64,000 nt of DNA, from the NCBI GenBank assembly GCA_965240325.2, contig OZ251235.1, positions 1,426,001 through 1,490,000 of the forward strand, given 5' to 3'. Positions 35,474 to 47,605 of this stretch are shown here, in pieces. The notes beneath the pieces are model-generated. The model was given only the letters and a program-made list of their open reading frames with translations. It was not told the origin of the DNA and did not search any database. Each line of letters begins with the position of its first letter. The first letter of the stretch is position 1. Both the position numbers and the translations under genes were made by a program. The stretch comes from Rebecca billardiae RCC1528. Lineage: Eukaryota; Protista; Haptophyta.

Positions 35474-37404
35474 TCAGCATCGTGCTGCTGCTGGCGGCGG
35501 GACGATTAGACGAGCAGGCTCCGCTGTCGCAGCAGCGGCCTCTCCGACTCCAGCGTCGTCAGTCCCCGCGTCTGCTGTTCGGCGGACGATCGAAGCTGTG
35601 ATGGTCATGATGGCGCCGGCGTCAGATGGCGCCGCGGATGGGGCGTCGCAGCGGAAGCTGTGCTGCTGACGCTGAGGACATTGGCCGTCGCCTGTGGATG
35701 ACGATGCCACACGTGACGCTGTGCCGCGGCCTGCAGCTGCCGCAACCCGTGAGCCGCCGCAGCTCCGTGCAGGCTCGCCACGTCCAGTGGATGCACAGCA
35801 GCTGCTGCCGTCAGACAGCAGCGGCTTGCTGTGCTGCAAGCCCCGCTCCGGCTCATGCCGCCGCAGCTGCAGCAGCCCAAACTCGCGCGCCAGCAACAGC
35901 GCCACCGCAGCGACGAGACTGGCCACAGTGCCTGCGATCACAGCGGCCGCGCGCGGATAGCCAAGCAGGTCGGTCAGCCCTGCACACGCGCCCGGCCCCA
36001 CGGCCATGCCCAGCACGAAGCTGCAGTTGAACAGCGCGTACAGCAGGCCGGGCGCGGTGCGTAGCGGGCCTTCGGCCACGGCGTGCTCGAGGAGCATGGA
36101 GGTGGGCGTCAGCTGAGCAGCGCCCGCGACGCCGAAGCACACCGCCACCGCGCAGTACTGCCACAGCGCCGCACACATCGCAAAGAGAGGCAGCAGTGCC
36201 GCCACACCAAAGCAGCCGAATGTGCTCATGGCGAGCGCCCGCGCTGGCGTGCTCACGAGGCTGCCAAGGAATGGCGCGCATCCTCCGTAGAAGACCTGCG
36301 GCCCACAGGTGCGCGCGCGGATGGGTCGACGCGGTATGACCCGGCATCGCACGCGCGTGAGACTTTGCGCGCGACCCTCACGGCGCAGCGCACGCAGCAT
36401 AGCACCGCGCTGGGGTGGGCAAGGTGAGGCCTTCTCGCGAGCGGCGCACCGAGATGATGCAGAAGATGAGCGAAGCGCAGAGCGATGGTTCTGGGAGCGT
36501 CTCTGCGATGCGAATGGGCATGACGGCGTCGATGCTCGAGTAGACCACCGCGCCAAGCATCACGCACGAGAGCACGAGGATGGTGGCGCGCTCAGCCTCG
36601 CCCGCCGCTTTGTGCCCGCTGCGCACCGGCGCCAGCTGTGCGTGCTCGGCTCGCAGCTCCGCCAGCGAGAGCTGCGCGATCGCAGCCGCAAGCAGGCTCA
36701 CGCCCGCGACGGTGAAGAATGGAAGGGACCAGCCACCGACCTGCGGCGGGGCGGCGGTGGTGGCAGCACAGTGCGCGCGCACCCGCGCGCACCCACCGAT
36801 GAGGGGCGCGGCAGCGCGCGCCGCATCGCGCGGATTGCGCGAGGTACCACACCTGATACAGCACGCCACCCAATGCGGGTCCGGCCATGGTGCCGACGGA
36901 CACGGCAGACAGGACCACGCCAAAGAGCACAGGCATACTGCCCATCGACGCCGAGAGCAAGGAGCACGCGCTCAACACGCCCGACCAGACGAGCCCGCCT
37001 GCCATTCCACACACAAAGCGCACCGCGATCAGCAACGGGATCCGATGCGAGACGACGGTCATGAGCTGGCTGGCCGCCATGGTGACGAGCCCAAGGGTTA
37101 TGGCAGCGACGCATCCTCCGCTGAGCCGGATGATAGTGCTCACGAGCGGCGTGACGGCCACGCTGCCGACTGTGTAGGCGATGAACACGGCGCCCGAGGT
37201 GGAGACCGAGGCGTGCAGCTCGTGGTGGACGTGTGTGGTGAGGAAGGGCACGCAAATCGTGTAGCAGAACGACTCCATGCTGCACGATAGTGCAAGTGTG
37301 AAGAGCTGCCAGCGCTGCGAGCGAGACCACGAGGTCCTCTCCCCGCTTATCTGCACGGCGCTCGGCCGGCGTGAAAAGCTCGTCGTCGCCATCGATTGGG
37401 CCAT
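35474..37404 (-). CDS. MFS transporter (SLC18/vesicular amine transporter-like), 3 exons (~37404-36852, 36740-36451, 36295-35474)
   Basis: About 12 hydrophobic helices, with LIAVRFVCGMAGG, GTMAGPALGGVLYQ|VGGWSLPF and GMAVGPGACAG. GT..CAG introns restore the frame. Confidence 0.8.
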
Positions 37405-37475
37405 CGGGTTTCGTGAGTTTCGTCTGAGAGTGCCTGCCAAAACGCGATCATGATGGCGGACGACTTCGCGCGTCG

Positions 37476-38678
37476 ATGAGGGCTGCGGCGTATGGGGCGG
37501 GTGTGCTGTTCATGGCCGCGATGCTGCTCCTCGCGCGGCAGGAGCGGCGTGCTACCGAGGCATGGCGCTCGCTTGCACCCGCCTCGCAGCCTGGCTTCGC
37601 CGTGCACTGGCCTGCAGCGGAGGCGCTGATTCGCGGCGACGTTGACCTCGAGCTCTACGAGGCTCACAGGGGGATCTTCGTGGCCACGGCGCCCGACTCC
37701 GCGCGCTCGGGCATGCGGGTTCGGACCTCGGCCGTCAGGCACAGTTCGGTCGCAGCGCCTGAGGCTCGCTCACCGGCGAAACCGGCGGCATCGAGCGATC
37801 ATGCCAGCGCCCGCACGCCGCGCCTTGCCGCCGGGAACGAGAGCGCCCGTTCCGCCCTTGTCAGCCGTCCCTTCGCGGTTTTCATCTCGGGGCACGCTGG
37901 CTCGACGTGGCTGTGCAGCCTTCTCGACTCGCATCCAGCCGTCGTCGCCAAGGGCGAGATTTTCAACAAAGTGCGACGTGCGCGAGAGGGTCTGGAGCGC
38001 TTCTGGGCGTCCGCATCACACCCGACGGGCACGCGTGCGGCTGGCTTCAAAATTCGGCCGTGGGCAATGGGCCAGCACGATAAAGCCGAGTGGGCCCGCG
38101 CATGGGCCTACCTCGAGGAGGCGAACGCATCCATCATCTGCAACTGCCGCGATATGGTGACGAACGCCGTCAGCCGTGCGCGTGCTGGCTACCGGTACCT
38201 CCCCGACTTTTACGACGCTGAGAATGGCCGCTGGCGCCGGCCCGCCTTCGACCTTCCCATCGATCGCTTCATGGATGCCCTGAAGGGGTCCATCCGACGC
38301 ACCAAGGAGCTCTTCTCGCTATGCAGCCGCGCCGGCCGTGCGCAGCTCCCTGTGCTCTGGGTGCCATACAATGCCCTCTACCGGCAACGCAGGCGCACCG
38401 GCGACGATATGATTCGCTTCCTCGGCTTGCCGCCGCTCGGCCTCTCCAATTCGCGCAATGTGACCAAGTATGGGTCTGCGAATCTCTCGGACACTGTGCC
38501 AAACATCCACTCCCTCCTGCAGGAGCTCAGCACCAATCAAACGCACCTGCGGCTGGGGCGACAGCTGCAGGCTATGGAGCGCTCACCCGAATACAAAGCC
38601 TTCTGCGTCGCTGACTGCGCGCATCATGGCATCGATCCGAGTACGAGCCCGCATGAATGCCTCAGCAGCCCAGCCTAG
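37476..38678 (+). CDS. Type II membrane sulfotransferase (Stf0/NodH-like)
   Basis: N-terminal TM anchor, PAPS-binding-like GHAGSTWLCSLLDSHP..GEIF, then GFKI, R.....AVS and VPYNAL. Confidence 0.75.
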   Translation: MRAAAYGAGVLFMAAMLLLARQERRATEAWRSLAPASQPGFAVHWPAAEALIRGDVDLELYEAHRGIFVATAPDSARSGMRVRTSAVRHSSVAAPEARSPAKPAASSDHASARTPRLAAGNESARSALVSRPFAVFISGHAGSTWLCSLLDSHPAVVAKGEIFNKVRRAREGLERFWASASHPTGTRAAGFKIRPWAMGQHDKAEWARAWAYLEEANASIICNCRDMVTNAVSRARAGYRYLPDFYDAENGRWRRPAFDLPIDRFMDALKGSIRRTKELFSLCSRAGRAQLPVLWVPYNALYRQRRRTGDDMIRFLGLPPLGLSNSRNVTKYGSANLSDTVPNIHSLLQELSTNQTHLRLGRQLQAMERSPEYKAFCVADCAHHGIDPSTSPHECLSSPA

Positions 38679-38833
38679 AGAGCCTTGCGTCTCAGCACGC
38701 GCGCCTGCTACTCCCAGGCGACACTATCGCCATCAGGGCCGTTCAGCCATCGCAGCCCCCGGGTTCACTGACCACTGACCAGGGTGAGAGATGGTGAATG
38801 TACAGAACGCGCAGTTGGCGAGCGGCCTACTAT

Positions 38834-39726
38834 ACTCATTCTATTATTTAACGACACAGGTAGGACGACGCGGGTCTCCTGATTCGTCGGCGGCAGTGCC
38901 CGATCGTCGGCGCGAAGTCGGCGTTGGTGGCAGAGCATAGCCTGCACCGCGATCGTAAAGCTTGAGCGCGGCCTTGAGCTGCTGGAGCGCGATCCACCTG
39001 CGCTGCGCGGCTCGCATGGACCTGCTGTGCCCCGAGCAAGGGCGAAAAGTGCAGGTCCGGATGTCAGCCGGCAGTCTCAGCCGCGGGTAGCAGCTGGTCG
39101 TACCTGCCCCGTGCTCCCCGGGCGGTCGCGTACGCGCTTGCTGCTCGAGCCAGCTGGCTGGCTGGCGGCGGCTGGCGCTGCCGCGTCGTCCAGGGTGCGC
39201 TTTGCCCGCTGCGGCGACGCCTCCTCGTCGTCCAAGTCGTCGCCCGGGGGCGAGTCTCGGTCATCGTGGAGGGGGGCAGCAGGGGCTGGCGTGGGCGGTG
39301 CAGCGGTCGGCGCCAGGCGCGCCGCCTTGCGCGCCTGGCGTTCCTTGACGGCGCGGCTCGCCGAGGAGCGACGGCTCGATGGAGAACGAATCCGTCGGCC
39401 CTCGGCGTCGCGCCGTTGCCCGCGCTTTCCACGCCTGGGCTTCTTCTTCCGCTTCTGAGAGTGCTGCTGCTCGTCGTTTGCCTGCAGCACCTCAGCGTCC
39501 ATGCCCTGCGCGGCGGGCGGGCGAACCGGCGGGGCCGGCTTGCGCGCTGCGCGCTGGGCGGTCGGCGGGGGAGCACGAGTAGGCGCGCCACGGCCTCCCT
39601 TGCGCCGCCGGCTGCCACCGGCGGGGGTTCCCTGTGAGAAGCAAGGCCTGCCTCCGTCACGGCCGTCGGCCACAGAGCCACAGTTCGCGTCAGACACGCG
39701 CCACCTGGCAGGGTGAGCTTCGCCAT
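38834..39726 (-). mobile_element. Element family A, copy 2, with a frameshifted ORF homologue
   Basis: Aligns with 1095-1995. A 1-nt deletion near 39635 (GTGAGAAGC vs GTGGAGAAGC) splits the homologue between ORFs 39064-39726 and 39077-39697. Confidence 0.8.
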
Positions 39727-39989
39727 GCTTGACTACTACCCTGTGGGGCTTGCTTGACCGGCGGGGTTTTCCAAAAATCCGCGACCATCGACTGCACCAC
39801 CTCAGCTTCGTTCCGAGTCCGTGCGCGCGCAGCAGGCAACAAGGACAAATCGCATCAGCAGCGTAACATCAATGGCTGCTCGCGCCTCGTGCGCCTGCCA
39901 CAGCCACGGGAAGCAGCGCGGCGCTTCGAGCACCGCGCTGGCTAGCATCACGATGGAATTGAGAATGCCACGCGCCACGCCGTGCAGTC

Positions 39990-41003
39990 CGCCACCAGAG
40001 TCGAGAACACGATGCGACGTGACCGCAATGGTAAGATGACGAACGTTTTACCGCTGCGCCACCAGAGTCGACTCTGGTGGCGCAGCGGTAAAAAAACGCT
40101 TCGTCATCTTACCACGCCATCCTTTCGTAGCTTGCATGGCGAGTGGCGGCGTCGCGGCGTGCCAAGCGCTGGTCGTGTGCTGAACAGGGTGGAGCGGCCG
40201 AGGCCTTGCTGCGTCGCCCGGTCCCAGCTGGAATGTTCTGCGCTCTGTTCAACGGCAAAGCGCGGCTGGTGGCGGCTCCGCGCCTCCGCCACGCAATTGC
40301 GCATGAGCGGAAGAGTCGCCGCTACCCGCAGAACACGTGTGTCGGAGACAAGGAAACGGGCAGATGGCGCGTCGCGCGCGTCATGAAACTCGGTCGCGAC
40401 GCTCGCCAGCCCCAGCACACAACGATCACGTCCATTGGCGACCATCGTGCAGGCAGCTCTGCCACGCCGCTCGGCCGCGGCGACCGGCCTTGCACGCGTT
40501 CTTGCGGCGCCGACAGGCGGGACAGGGCCTCTCAGCTGCGGTCGTTCGACGTGAGCGCCAGGAGACGTGTGCCAGATTGCTAGCGAACGCGCACGCGCCG
40601 CGAGCAGCACGGCGTGCGCAATCGTCGCCAGCCGCAACGCCCAAGCGTCGCCCAAAGCGGCACAGCGGAAGAGGGCCCCGATCCGAAGGCAGTATGTCTG
40701 CAGCCTGGTTCCTTCGCGTCTGTCCAGCTGGCGTGGTAAGATGACGAAGCGTTTTACCGCTGCGCCACCAGAGTCGACTCTGGTGGCGCAGCGGTAAAAC
40801 GCTTCGTCATCTTACCATGACGTCCTGGGTTCGAATCCGCTGCGGTGCGCTTCTTTCACCTTTCACAGCAGCCGCTGCGGCTTTCGTGTCTCGCAGGAGG
40901 GTCGCCCACGACCAGGGATTCCGGACACATTTCCGAATGTCCGGCCCCCGGGCGGCTCCCGACTCTGGTGGCGCAGCGGTAAAACGCTTCGTCATCTTAC
41001 CAT
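39990..41003. repeat. Cluster of a 42-bp unit GACTCTGGTGGCGCAGCGGTAAAACGCTTCGTCATCTTACCA (5 copies plus 1 partial, both orientations, two loopless palindromes)
   Basis: Copies at 39990-40002 (-, partial), 40029-40069 (-), 40070-40114 (+), 40734-40775 (-), 40776-40817 (+) and 40961-41002 (+). Confidence 0.95.
40776..40850 (+). ncRNA. tRNA-derived (Gly-like) pseudo-tRNA / SINE-head with Pol III A and B boxes
   Basis: A-box TGGCGCAGCGG (40784-40794), stem CGTCAT-cttacc-ATGACG, B-box GGTTCGAATCC (40828-40838). The acceptor stem does not pair, so this is not a canonical tRNA. Confidence 0.6.
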
Positions 41004-41193
41004 GGCGCAACGCTCCTACTCTGTGTTTCGTCAACTTGAAGCTTTGAAGCTGCGTGGCGCGCATCACGCCCTCGGAATCTCGGATAGCTTATCAGTCGAC
41101 TCAGTTCTGGCAAGAGCTGACGGGCTAGCTTCCTGGTGAGACGACAGCGTGGCACTATGACTATCGTTCTGGGGCCCAGCAGGCCTGTTTAAC

Positions 41194-44100
41194 CTACGCA
41201 TTCACTCCGGACGGCTGCTGCTCTGCGCGTGACTTGGCTGTGCGGTTGATGTAGATTGTCACGAGCTTCAGCTGCGACGTGGACAACTCGGATAAGTGCG
41301 GCGTGAGCGCGTCGCCTAATACGAGGTACATGTCCACGAGGGTGAAAACGACGGCCTTCCGAACATCCGCAGACGGGCTCTTAAAGGCATCGAAGAGCGG
41401 AGGCAGCAGCTGCGGCAACAGCGGGTTGAGCTCGGACGCATCTATGCGCTGAACGACGCGGGACGTGGCGCGGATGGCAGCCTGCGCACACGCGTGCAGA
41501 CGCCGCGGAGGGGCACAGAAGAGTGAGCTTCCTTCACGCGCTTGTGTTGGCACGTACCATACCAGCCTACGCCGTGGCGCTCGGCGCGCACCTGCAACAC
41601 TGGCGCCTCTTCACGTGCTGTGACGGGGATCAGCACGCCTAGGCATCGGCGCGGCTCGGCTGCTTGCGCGAGCGTCTCCAGGCACTCCTCTGCGATACGT
41701 CGCACTTCGTGCGATGTGTCACGGTGAGCAGCAAGCAGCCTATGGGCACGCCGCGCAACACCATGTCGCCGCGTCATCACACGCTGGTGAGTAGGTGGGT
41801 GGGGGCGAGCGAGCGTACATCGCATCCAGCGCCGCGCGCACGAAGTGCACTACGCACCTGAGCATCACGTGCTCCGTGAACTGCGCTGTGCGTTCCGTGT
41901 GCTTGCGCACCAACTCCCACGTCGCTTGCGACGCTGCCTCGCGCACGCGCTCGTCGTCGCTCTCCACGAGTCGCAGCTCGGCCTGTCGCACATCAGCCAA
42001 ACACCACAGGGCAAGCATGCGTGATCAGGACGGTGCAGCAGTGGGGTGCGTTCGCAGGGTAATTCGACAGGTGTGCGCCGTGCGACGCACCTCGAGCACA
42101 TGTTCGAAGTGCTTTTGCCAGACAGCGTCCCCAGGGGGGAGGATGGATGTCATCTTCGCAATCTTGAGCAGGGAGTCGCGCTGCGCCGAGGCAGACTGGC
42201 CGGAAGCCAGCTGCCGGAGCAAGGTCGGCCTGCGACGCGATGAGGCGGTTGCGGGGCGCGATGCAGGGTGGCAAAGGTCACGACGAGAGGTGAGCACACG
42301 CGCGCTGGTCAAACGCACTGCGCAGCGCCTGCGGGCAGGTGGTGCGGGCGGTGCGGGGCCGCTGCGCACATGAGTGCCATCCACTCCGTCCCAGCGCCGG
42401 GGTCGGGCACTGAATCCAGCCCAGCTCGCGACGCAACGTCGCCTTGCGGCACGCTGGCAGCACCCGTGCCTGCTGCACGTTGCTGCAGGCCCTGCGCAGG
42501 CGTCTCGCGCAGTGGCGCACGCGCAGCAGGCTGCTCAGCATTCGGCATAGCCACGCGGGACACATGCGTCGTCTGAGCTGGAGCAGGAAGGCCTGCACGC
42601 AGCAGCAGAGTGGGCGCCAGCTCGTCGCCCTCCGCCATGGCCTCCGTGGCAAGGCGAGCATCCATCGGCCCGGGTAGGTGCCCAGCGGGGTCACCGGCAG
42701 CGCCGTTGCCGGCGCGGTCCCCCACTGTCCCAGGAAATGCCGGACGAGACGCAGGGCGGCCGCTGCGCACATGCGTGCTGATCTGCGCGTCCAGCTCTGG
42801 TGCACGGTCTGCCAGCGCGCGCTTGATGAGGATCTGCGCCGTCATCGGCATGAGGGCGACGACCCCGACGAACGAGACGGGCGCTGCGCGGTAGAGCCCG
42901 GCGAGCGCCGCCGCCGAGGCACGACGAAGCTCCGGCGACTTCTCGTTGAGGGTCCCGGCAGCTTTGTGCACGCAGGGGCGCATGTGTGCGGCGTGCGCGA
43001 GGTGCTGCGTCGCCTCGGGCATCTCGCAGACGGCCGCAATCTGGTCGAGAGAGGCTGACTTGATGCGCGGGCTGGTGTTGTCCAGCGTGCGCACCAGGGG
43101 CGTGATGAGCCGACTTGGCCCGAAAGCTGCGCGCAGCGCGCCAGCTGCACTGTCTGCGCGCGAGCGGATGACGTCCTTGGGGTCGTGCACGCGCGCGAGC
43201 AGCTTCGGCAGCAGGCGCTCCAGAGCCGGTTCCAGTGCCGGGCCGAGTACGTGCGCTGCAGCGCAGATGCACTCGAGGGCGGCGAGCACCACCTTGTAGT
43301 GCACGTCCGCAACGTGCGCAAGGATGCAGCTCACGACACGTTCTGCGCTCTGCGGGTGCAGGAGCTCGGCCTCGCGCTCAGTGCCCGCGAGTGATGCCAC
43401 CTGCGTGAGACACGATGCCCTCACAGACCACATGCCGTCGTCCCGCTTTGCGAGAATAGACGGCAGGGGCTCTTCGCCCGCGAGGACTGCGCTGCCAGCG
43501 GCAGGCATGCCCGCCTCCTCGACCGCGCGCGCGCCGCCATGCCCACCTGTTGTCGGTTGCCGCATTGCGGCTGCCGAGCTGTTGTGCTGCTCGGTGGGTT
43601 GCGCCGATGCTGCACTAGGGCCGCCCTCTCGGTCGGAGAGTCGCTGATCTGCGCGCGCGACCCGCCGCGCACCACCCCCGACGGCAGCGACGCCTGCAAA
43701 TCCGCCACGCTGCTGCACAGACGACGCAACCTCCACTCGAGCTGCCGAGGCCCGGCTGCCCGGCACTCCTGGGGCCGCTGCGGAGCCGTCGCTGATGCCG
43801 CTCAGCATCGCGCTGATTTGCCCCAGGGCGCCGTTCGCGCCTCCGTTGGCCGTCGCTGCCTGTCGGCTGGCCACCCGCGCGGCGCCTGAGGCTGCGGAAC
43901 CGAGCCTCGGTCCCGGAGCGGGTGCGCCGGCCGCCTCTGCGGCGCGCGCATCAGCGGCAGCGGCGGTGCGCTCTGCCGCCCCGCCGCGCACGCCCGACAG
44001 GTGCGACGCCGATGCCAAGCGGCGAGGCGCGCTGGTTGCGCGGGGCCGCTCAACAACCCCCGTCGAGGCAGAGCGCTGCGGGAGGGGCGGGCCGCCCCGC

Positions 44101-45945
44101 GCCCTGGCCTGCTCCTCCTCCAGAAGGCGTGCTGTCGGCGCGTCGAGCGAGTCGAGCAGCGTGCGGCACTGCCCGGGCAGGTGCGCGCTCAGCGCCCAGA
44201 AGGCGGAGCGCGCGAGGGCGCGGACCTCGGCGAGAGCGTCGTGGATGGCGGCCTTCAGCGCGTTGATGAGCACGTCCGCGTGTCGGTCGAGTGGTCCTCG
44301 CTCGCCCTCTTGCGCGGGCGGGCGCAGCGTGCGCGCGAGCAGGTCGAGGTACTCCGTCGAGTGCACGCGCACGCCCGCGGAGCGGTCGGACATCGCTGTC
44401 GCCAGCCGCGGCGCGATGCGCGGCGGGCGGACCTTCGCGATGAGCGCTCGCACGCACAGGTGCGCCGAGGTGGCGATCACGGCGATGGACTGCCCTGTGA
44501 GCCGGAGCAGCTGCGGCGTGTAGTGCTCGAAGAAGTCGGCAAACGGCTCACCCAGGGCGCCGCCAAGCAGCGTGAGCGTCACGCAGCACTCCTTCACGAT
44601 CTGCGAGCGAAGGTCGGCGAGCTGGGAGCCGAGCGGCTCGCGCAGCGGGCGCAGCGCCGCGAGCAGCGGCCCAGCGCCCTCGCCACCGAGCTCGGCCGCG
44701 CCGCCGAGCACGAGCGCCTGCAGCCGCCGGAGCGCCGCCTGGCGCGTCGTCCAGTCGGATGCCGTGCTGTCGCGCAGGTCGGCGCAGATGCTGTCGAGCT
44801 CGCGCTGCAGCTCGCGCTCCGAGTACACGCGCAGCGGCCGCACGTCGGCCGAGGGCGAAAGCGCGCCCGCGTCGCCGCCATCGCCGACGGCATCCGAAGC
44901 CGCTCCATCGGGCGGCGCTGCGATGCCGTGCGCAGGCGCGGCCCGCGCAAAGCCGGCCCCCGCCGGGCCGCCGACGCGCGGGCTTGGAGCGCGGGCAGCG
45001 CGCATGGACGGGCTCGACGCGCGCTTCACCATCGGCGCCGCCGATGCGGTGGGAGCCGCACCGCCGCCTGCGCTGCCGTTCGCGCCAGAGTGCGCGCCCG
45101 CATGGTCGTCGCCCTTCCGGCGCAGCAGCGCCGCCGCCGCCGCGGGCGTCATGGTGGCGTGCGATTGCACGCGGCCCAGCCGCTCGAGCAGCGGCCGCTC
45201 GACCGCAGGCCGCAGGCCTCGGCGCTGCAGCTCATCGATGAGGGGCTCCCCGACCGCCGCGTAGGTGTGCTCGAGCAGGACAGCAGCAGCGTCGCGCACT
45301 TGCGGGTCCGAGTCCTCGAGCAGGCGCACGGCGGCCGGCAGCATCAGGTGCACGCCTGCAGCGCGTGGGCCGTAGCGCTGCAGCGTGATCGCACACGCAG
45401 AGAGGGCCTGCTCACGCGCGCGCGGGTTCTTGTGCTCGAATGCAGGGCGCAGCTTCTCGACGCCGTGCTGCGGACCGACCGCCTGCGCGAGCGGGAGGCG
45501 CGCGCCGAGCGTTGCAGAGGGATGCGCGGCCGAGCGGGTGGTCAGCGATGACGGCATGGGGGGGGCTCCAGACGACGCGAGTGCGGCGGCAGGGAGCGAC
45601 GCGCGCGCTCACCTCCATGCAGCTGACGACGGTCTGCGCCGCGGCGATGCGGACAGTCACCTTACTGTCGCCCATTCGCTCGATGAGCTGCGGCCACAGG
45701 TGCTGCGCGTGGGCGGCAAACTCGGTGCCGGGCAGCTGTGCCACTCGCTGCAGGAGCTGCAACGCCCCCTGCGCGAGCTTTGGGTTGTTGTCGCTGATCA
45801 CGGGGCCCAGCGTGTCGACTATGCGGGTAACGTCAGCCACCTCCAGCGTCACCGAGCCGGAGAGCGCATCCTCAAGCTGCGCGAGCCCATCCAGCCGCTG
45901 TTTTGTCTCCCGGGACTTGAGCAGTTCGAACGCCGGCACCTCCAT
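41194..45945 (-). CDS. CLASP: CLIP-associating protein (CLASP), TOG/HEAT repeats, multi-exon
   Basis: N-terminal TOG (ISDNNPKLAQGAL, ERMGDSKVTVR), CLASP_N (DWTTRQAAL, LADLRSQIVKECC, IHDALAEVR), and C-terminal SPSADVRKAVVFTLVDMYLVLG...QLKLVTIYINR. About five GT-AG introns. Confidence 0.93.
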
Positions 45946-46108
45946 CGTAGGTGCCAGCGCTGCGCCGCGCGCGGGGCGCGCACAAGCGGCGGTGCAAACT
46001 TTCAGCTTGGCCGGTGACCAATGGAACTTCCAAACGACCTCGCGATTCAAATGATGCCGGCACCGGTTCCCGGAGCAGTTCAGACGGCCTTTTGGCTTTT
46101 GCCCTTTT

Positions 46109-46588
46109 CAGACTCATTCTATGATTTTTAAAAAAACTGATTCCTCGACCTCGGCGGCAGTGCCCGACGTCGACACGAAGTCGGCGTTGGTGGCAGAGCA
46201 GCCAGAGCATAGCCTGCACCGCGATCGGATTGCTTGAGCGCGGCCTTGAGCTGCTGGAGCGCGATCCACTGCGCTCAGTGCGCGGCTCGCATGGCCGGAC
46301 CTGCTGTGCCCCGAGCGAGGGCGAGGCTGCAGGGGCCGGATGTTCAGAGTCACTGACGCTGGCAGTCTCCGGACTCTCAACTTAAGTCTTAGTAGCAGCC
46401 CGCCCGTGAGCCTGAGGCTCTCAGCGGCTCGGCCGCTCGGGTACCGCGGACCGCCCGGGTAGTAGCAGCTGCCTGACCGGCCTCACTGACGGCTGGTCGA
46501 GCCTGCGGCATGCTGCCCGCCCGGTGCTCCCCCGGGGCGGTCGCGTCACGCGCTGACTCATTCTATGATTTAACGACACAGGTAGGAC
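46109..46588 (-). mobile_element. Element family A, degenerate copy 3 followed head-to-tail by a terminus of copy 4
   Basis: 46112-46345 matches 1095-1333; 46515-46555 matches 39105-39140; 46556-46588 restarts the terminus. Confidence 0.75.
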
Positions 46589-46728
46589 TACTGTCGTCGC
46601 GTCTGTTTTTTTAATTTAAAAACGAAATAAAACCGGCTGCCCCGCTGATGACACGTCGACTATTCGCGAGCCACGCCAGACGCCGCTGACTGACGCCGCA
46701 CGCCGCACTCGTTCTCTCAGGGGAGGTG

Positions 46729-47422
46729 TCACTCAGGCTCAGCCCTGACCATCGCCTGTTGGCAGGCGTCGCGAAGCTGATATACCTGCTCGGCGAGGCA
46801 CAGCCACGCGCATGTGGCGGTGCGATTACGCGCGCATGCGCGTCACAGTGCGAGTGCAAGGGGTGAGGGATTGAGCGACCAGCGGCCGAATCTGCGGATG
46901 GCAGCGTGGCGCGAAAGCGGCACGAATATGGCCACGCACCATATCTTGGAGATGCGCCCTAGAGCACGCGAACTCGACGGAGCCAACTTCTCCGCGTGCA
47001 TCGGACGTGAGCAAGCGAACGACGTATCGGCACTCGTCGGCAGGGGCACTCGGCCCGACCGGCGCCAGCACGTGCCATTGCACGTCGTGGATGGCGGGGA
47101 GGAGCTGCTCGCTGACACACAGGACGCGGCCCAGTCGTTCACCGGTCTCGCCAAGTAAGCTTTCGAGCACATCCAGCTGCTGCGCGCTCAGCGGCGCGGC
47201 CGGCGCATCGAATCCGGGGTTCCCGCGCGTCGCGGTCGGAGACGTGCGCTCCGCAATCGCCTTCCTCAGGCTCGCCTGCACAGACCGCACGTGGGAAGAC
47301 GACACGGCCTGCAGCGACGCAAGCTCCCTCCAGGAGCCCTCGTCGCGATCGCCGAGGAGGGCGTCGATGGTTACCCTCGCCAGGTCCGCGAAGGCATCGT
47401 CAGGCATGCGCGCGGCCGCCAT
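46729..47422 (-). CDS. COMMD3: COMM domain-containing protein 3-like, spliced (last exon 46785-46729)
   Basis: IHDVQW...YVVRLLT...SVEFACSRAHLQDM|VYQLRDACQQ matches the COMMD3 C-terminal COMM domain. Confidence 0.75.
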
Positions 47423-47605
47423 TGCTGCCAGCGAGGCACACGCACGCACGCCAAGTGGTCGCACGCCCCGCTCCCGTGCAGGACCGACCGTCCCCTCGAG
47501 AGCCGCAGAAGCGAGCGGCGGACGGCGCGGGCCGCAGAGTCGCTCGCCGCACGCGGGGGCACGTGAAGCACAATTCAGCTTAGCGCCGAGACCTCGTACG
47601 AGCTC

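Noticed and set aside
39018-39060. Hammerhead ribozyme (CTGCTGT-GCCC..GGGC-GAAA)
   Set aside because: The core differs from CUGANGA at two positions, GAAA is absent in copy 1, and there is no stem III or NUH site.
40104-40744. ORFs inside the palindrome-bounded segment
   Set aside because: Short, overlapping in several frames, and with no recognisable motif.
40776-40850. Functional tRNA gene
   Set aside because: The acceptor and T stems do not pair properly and the anticodon arm is non-canonical; kept as tRNA-derived only.
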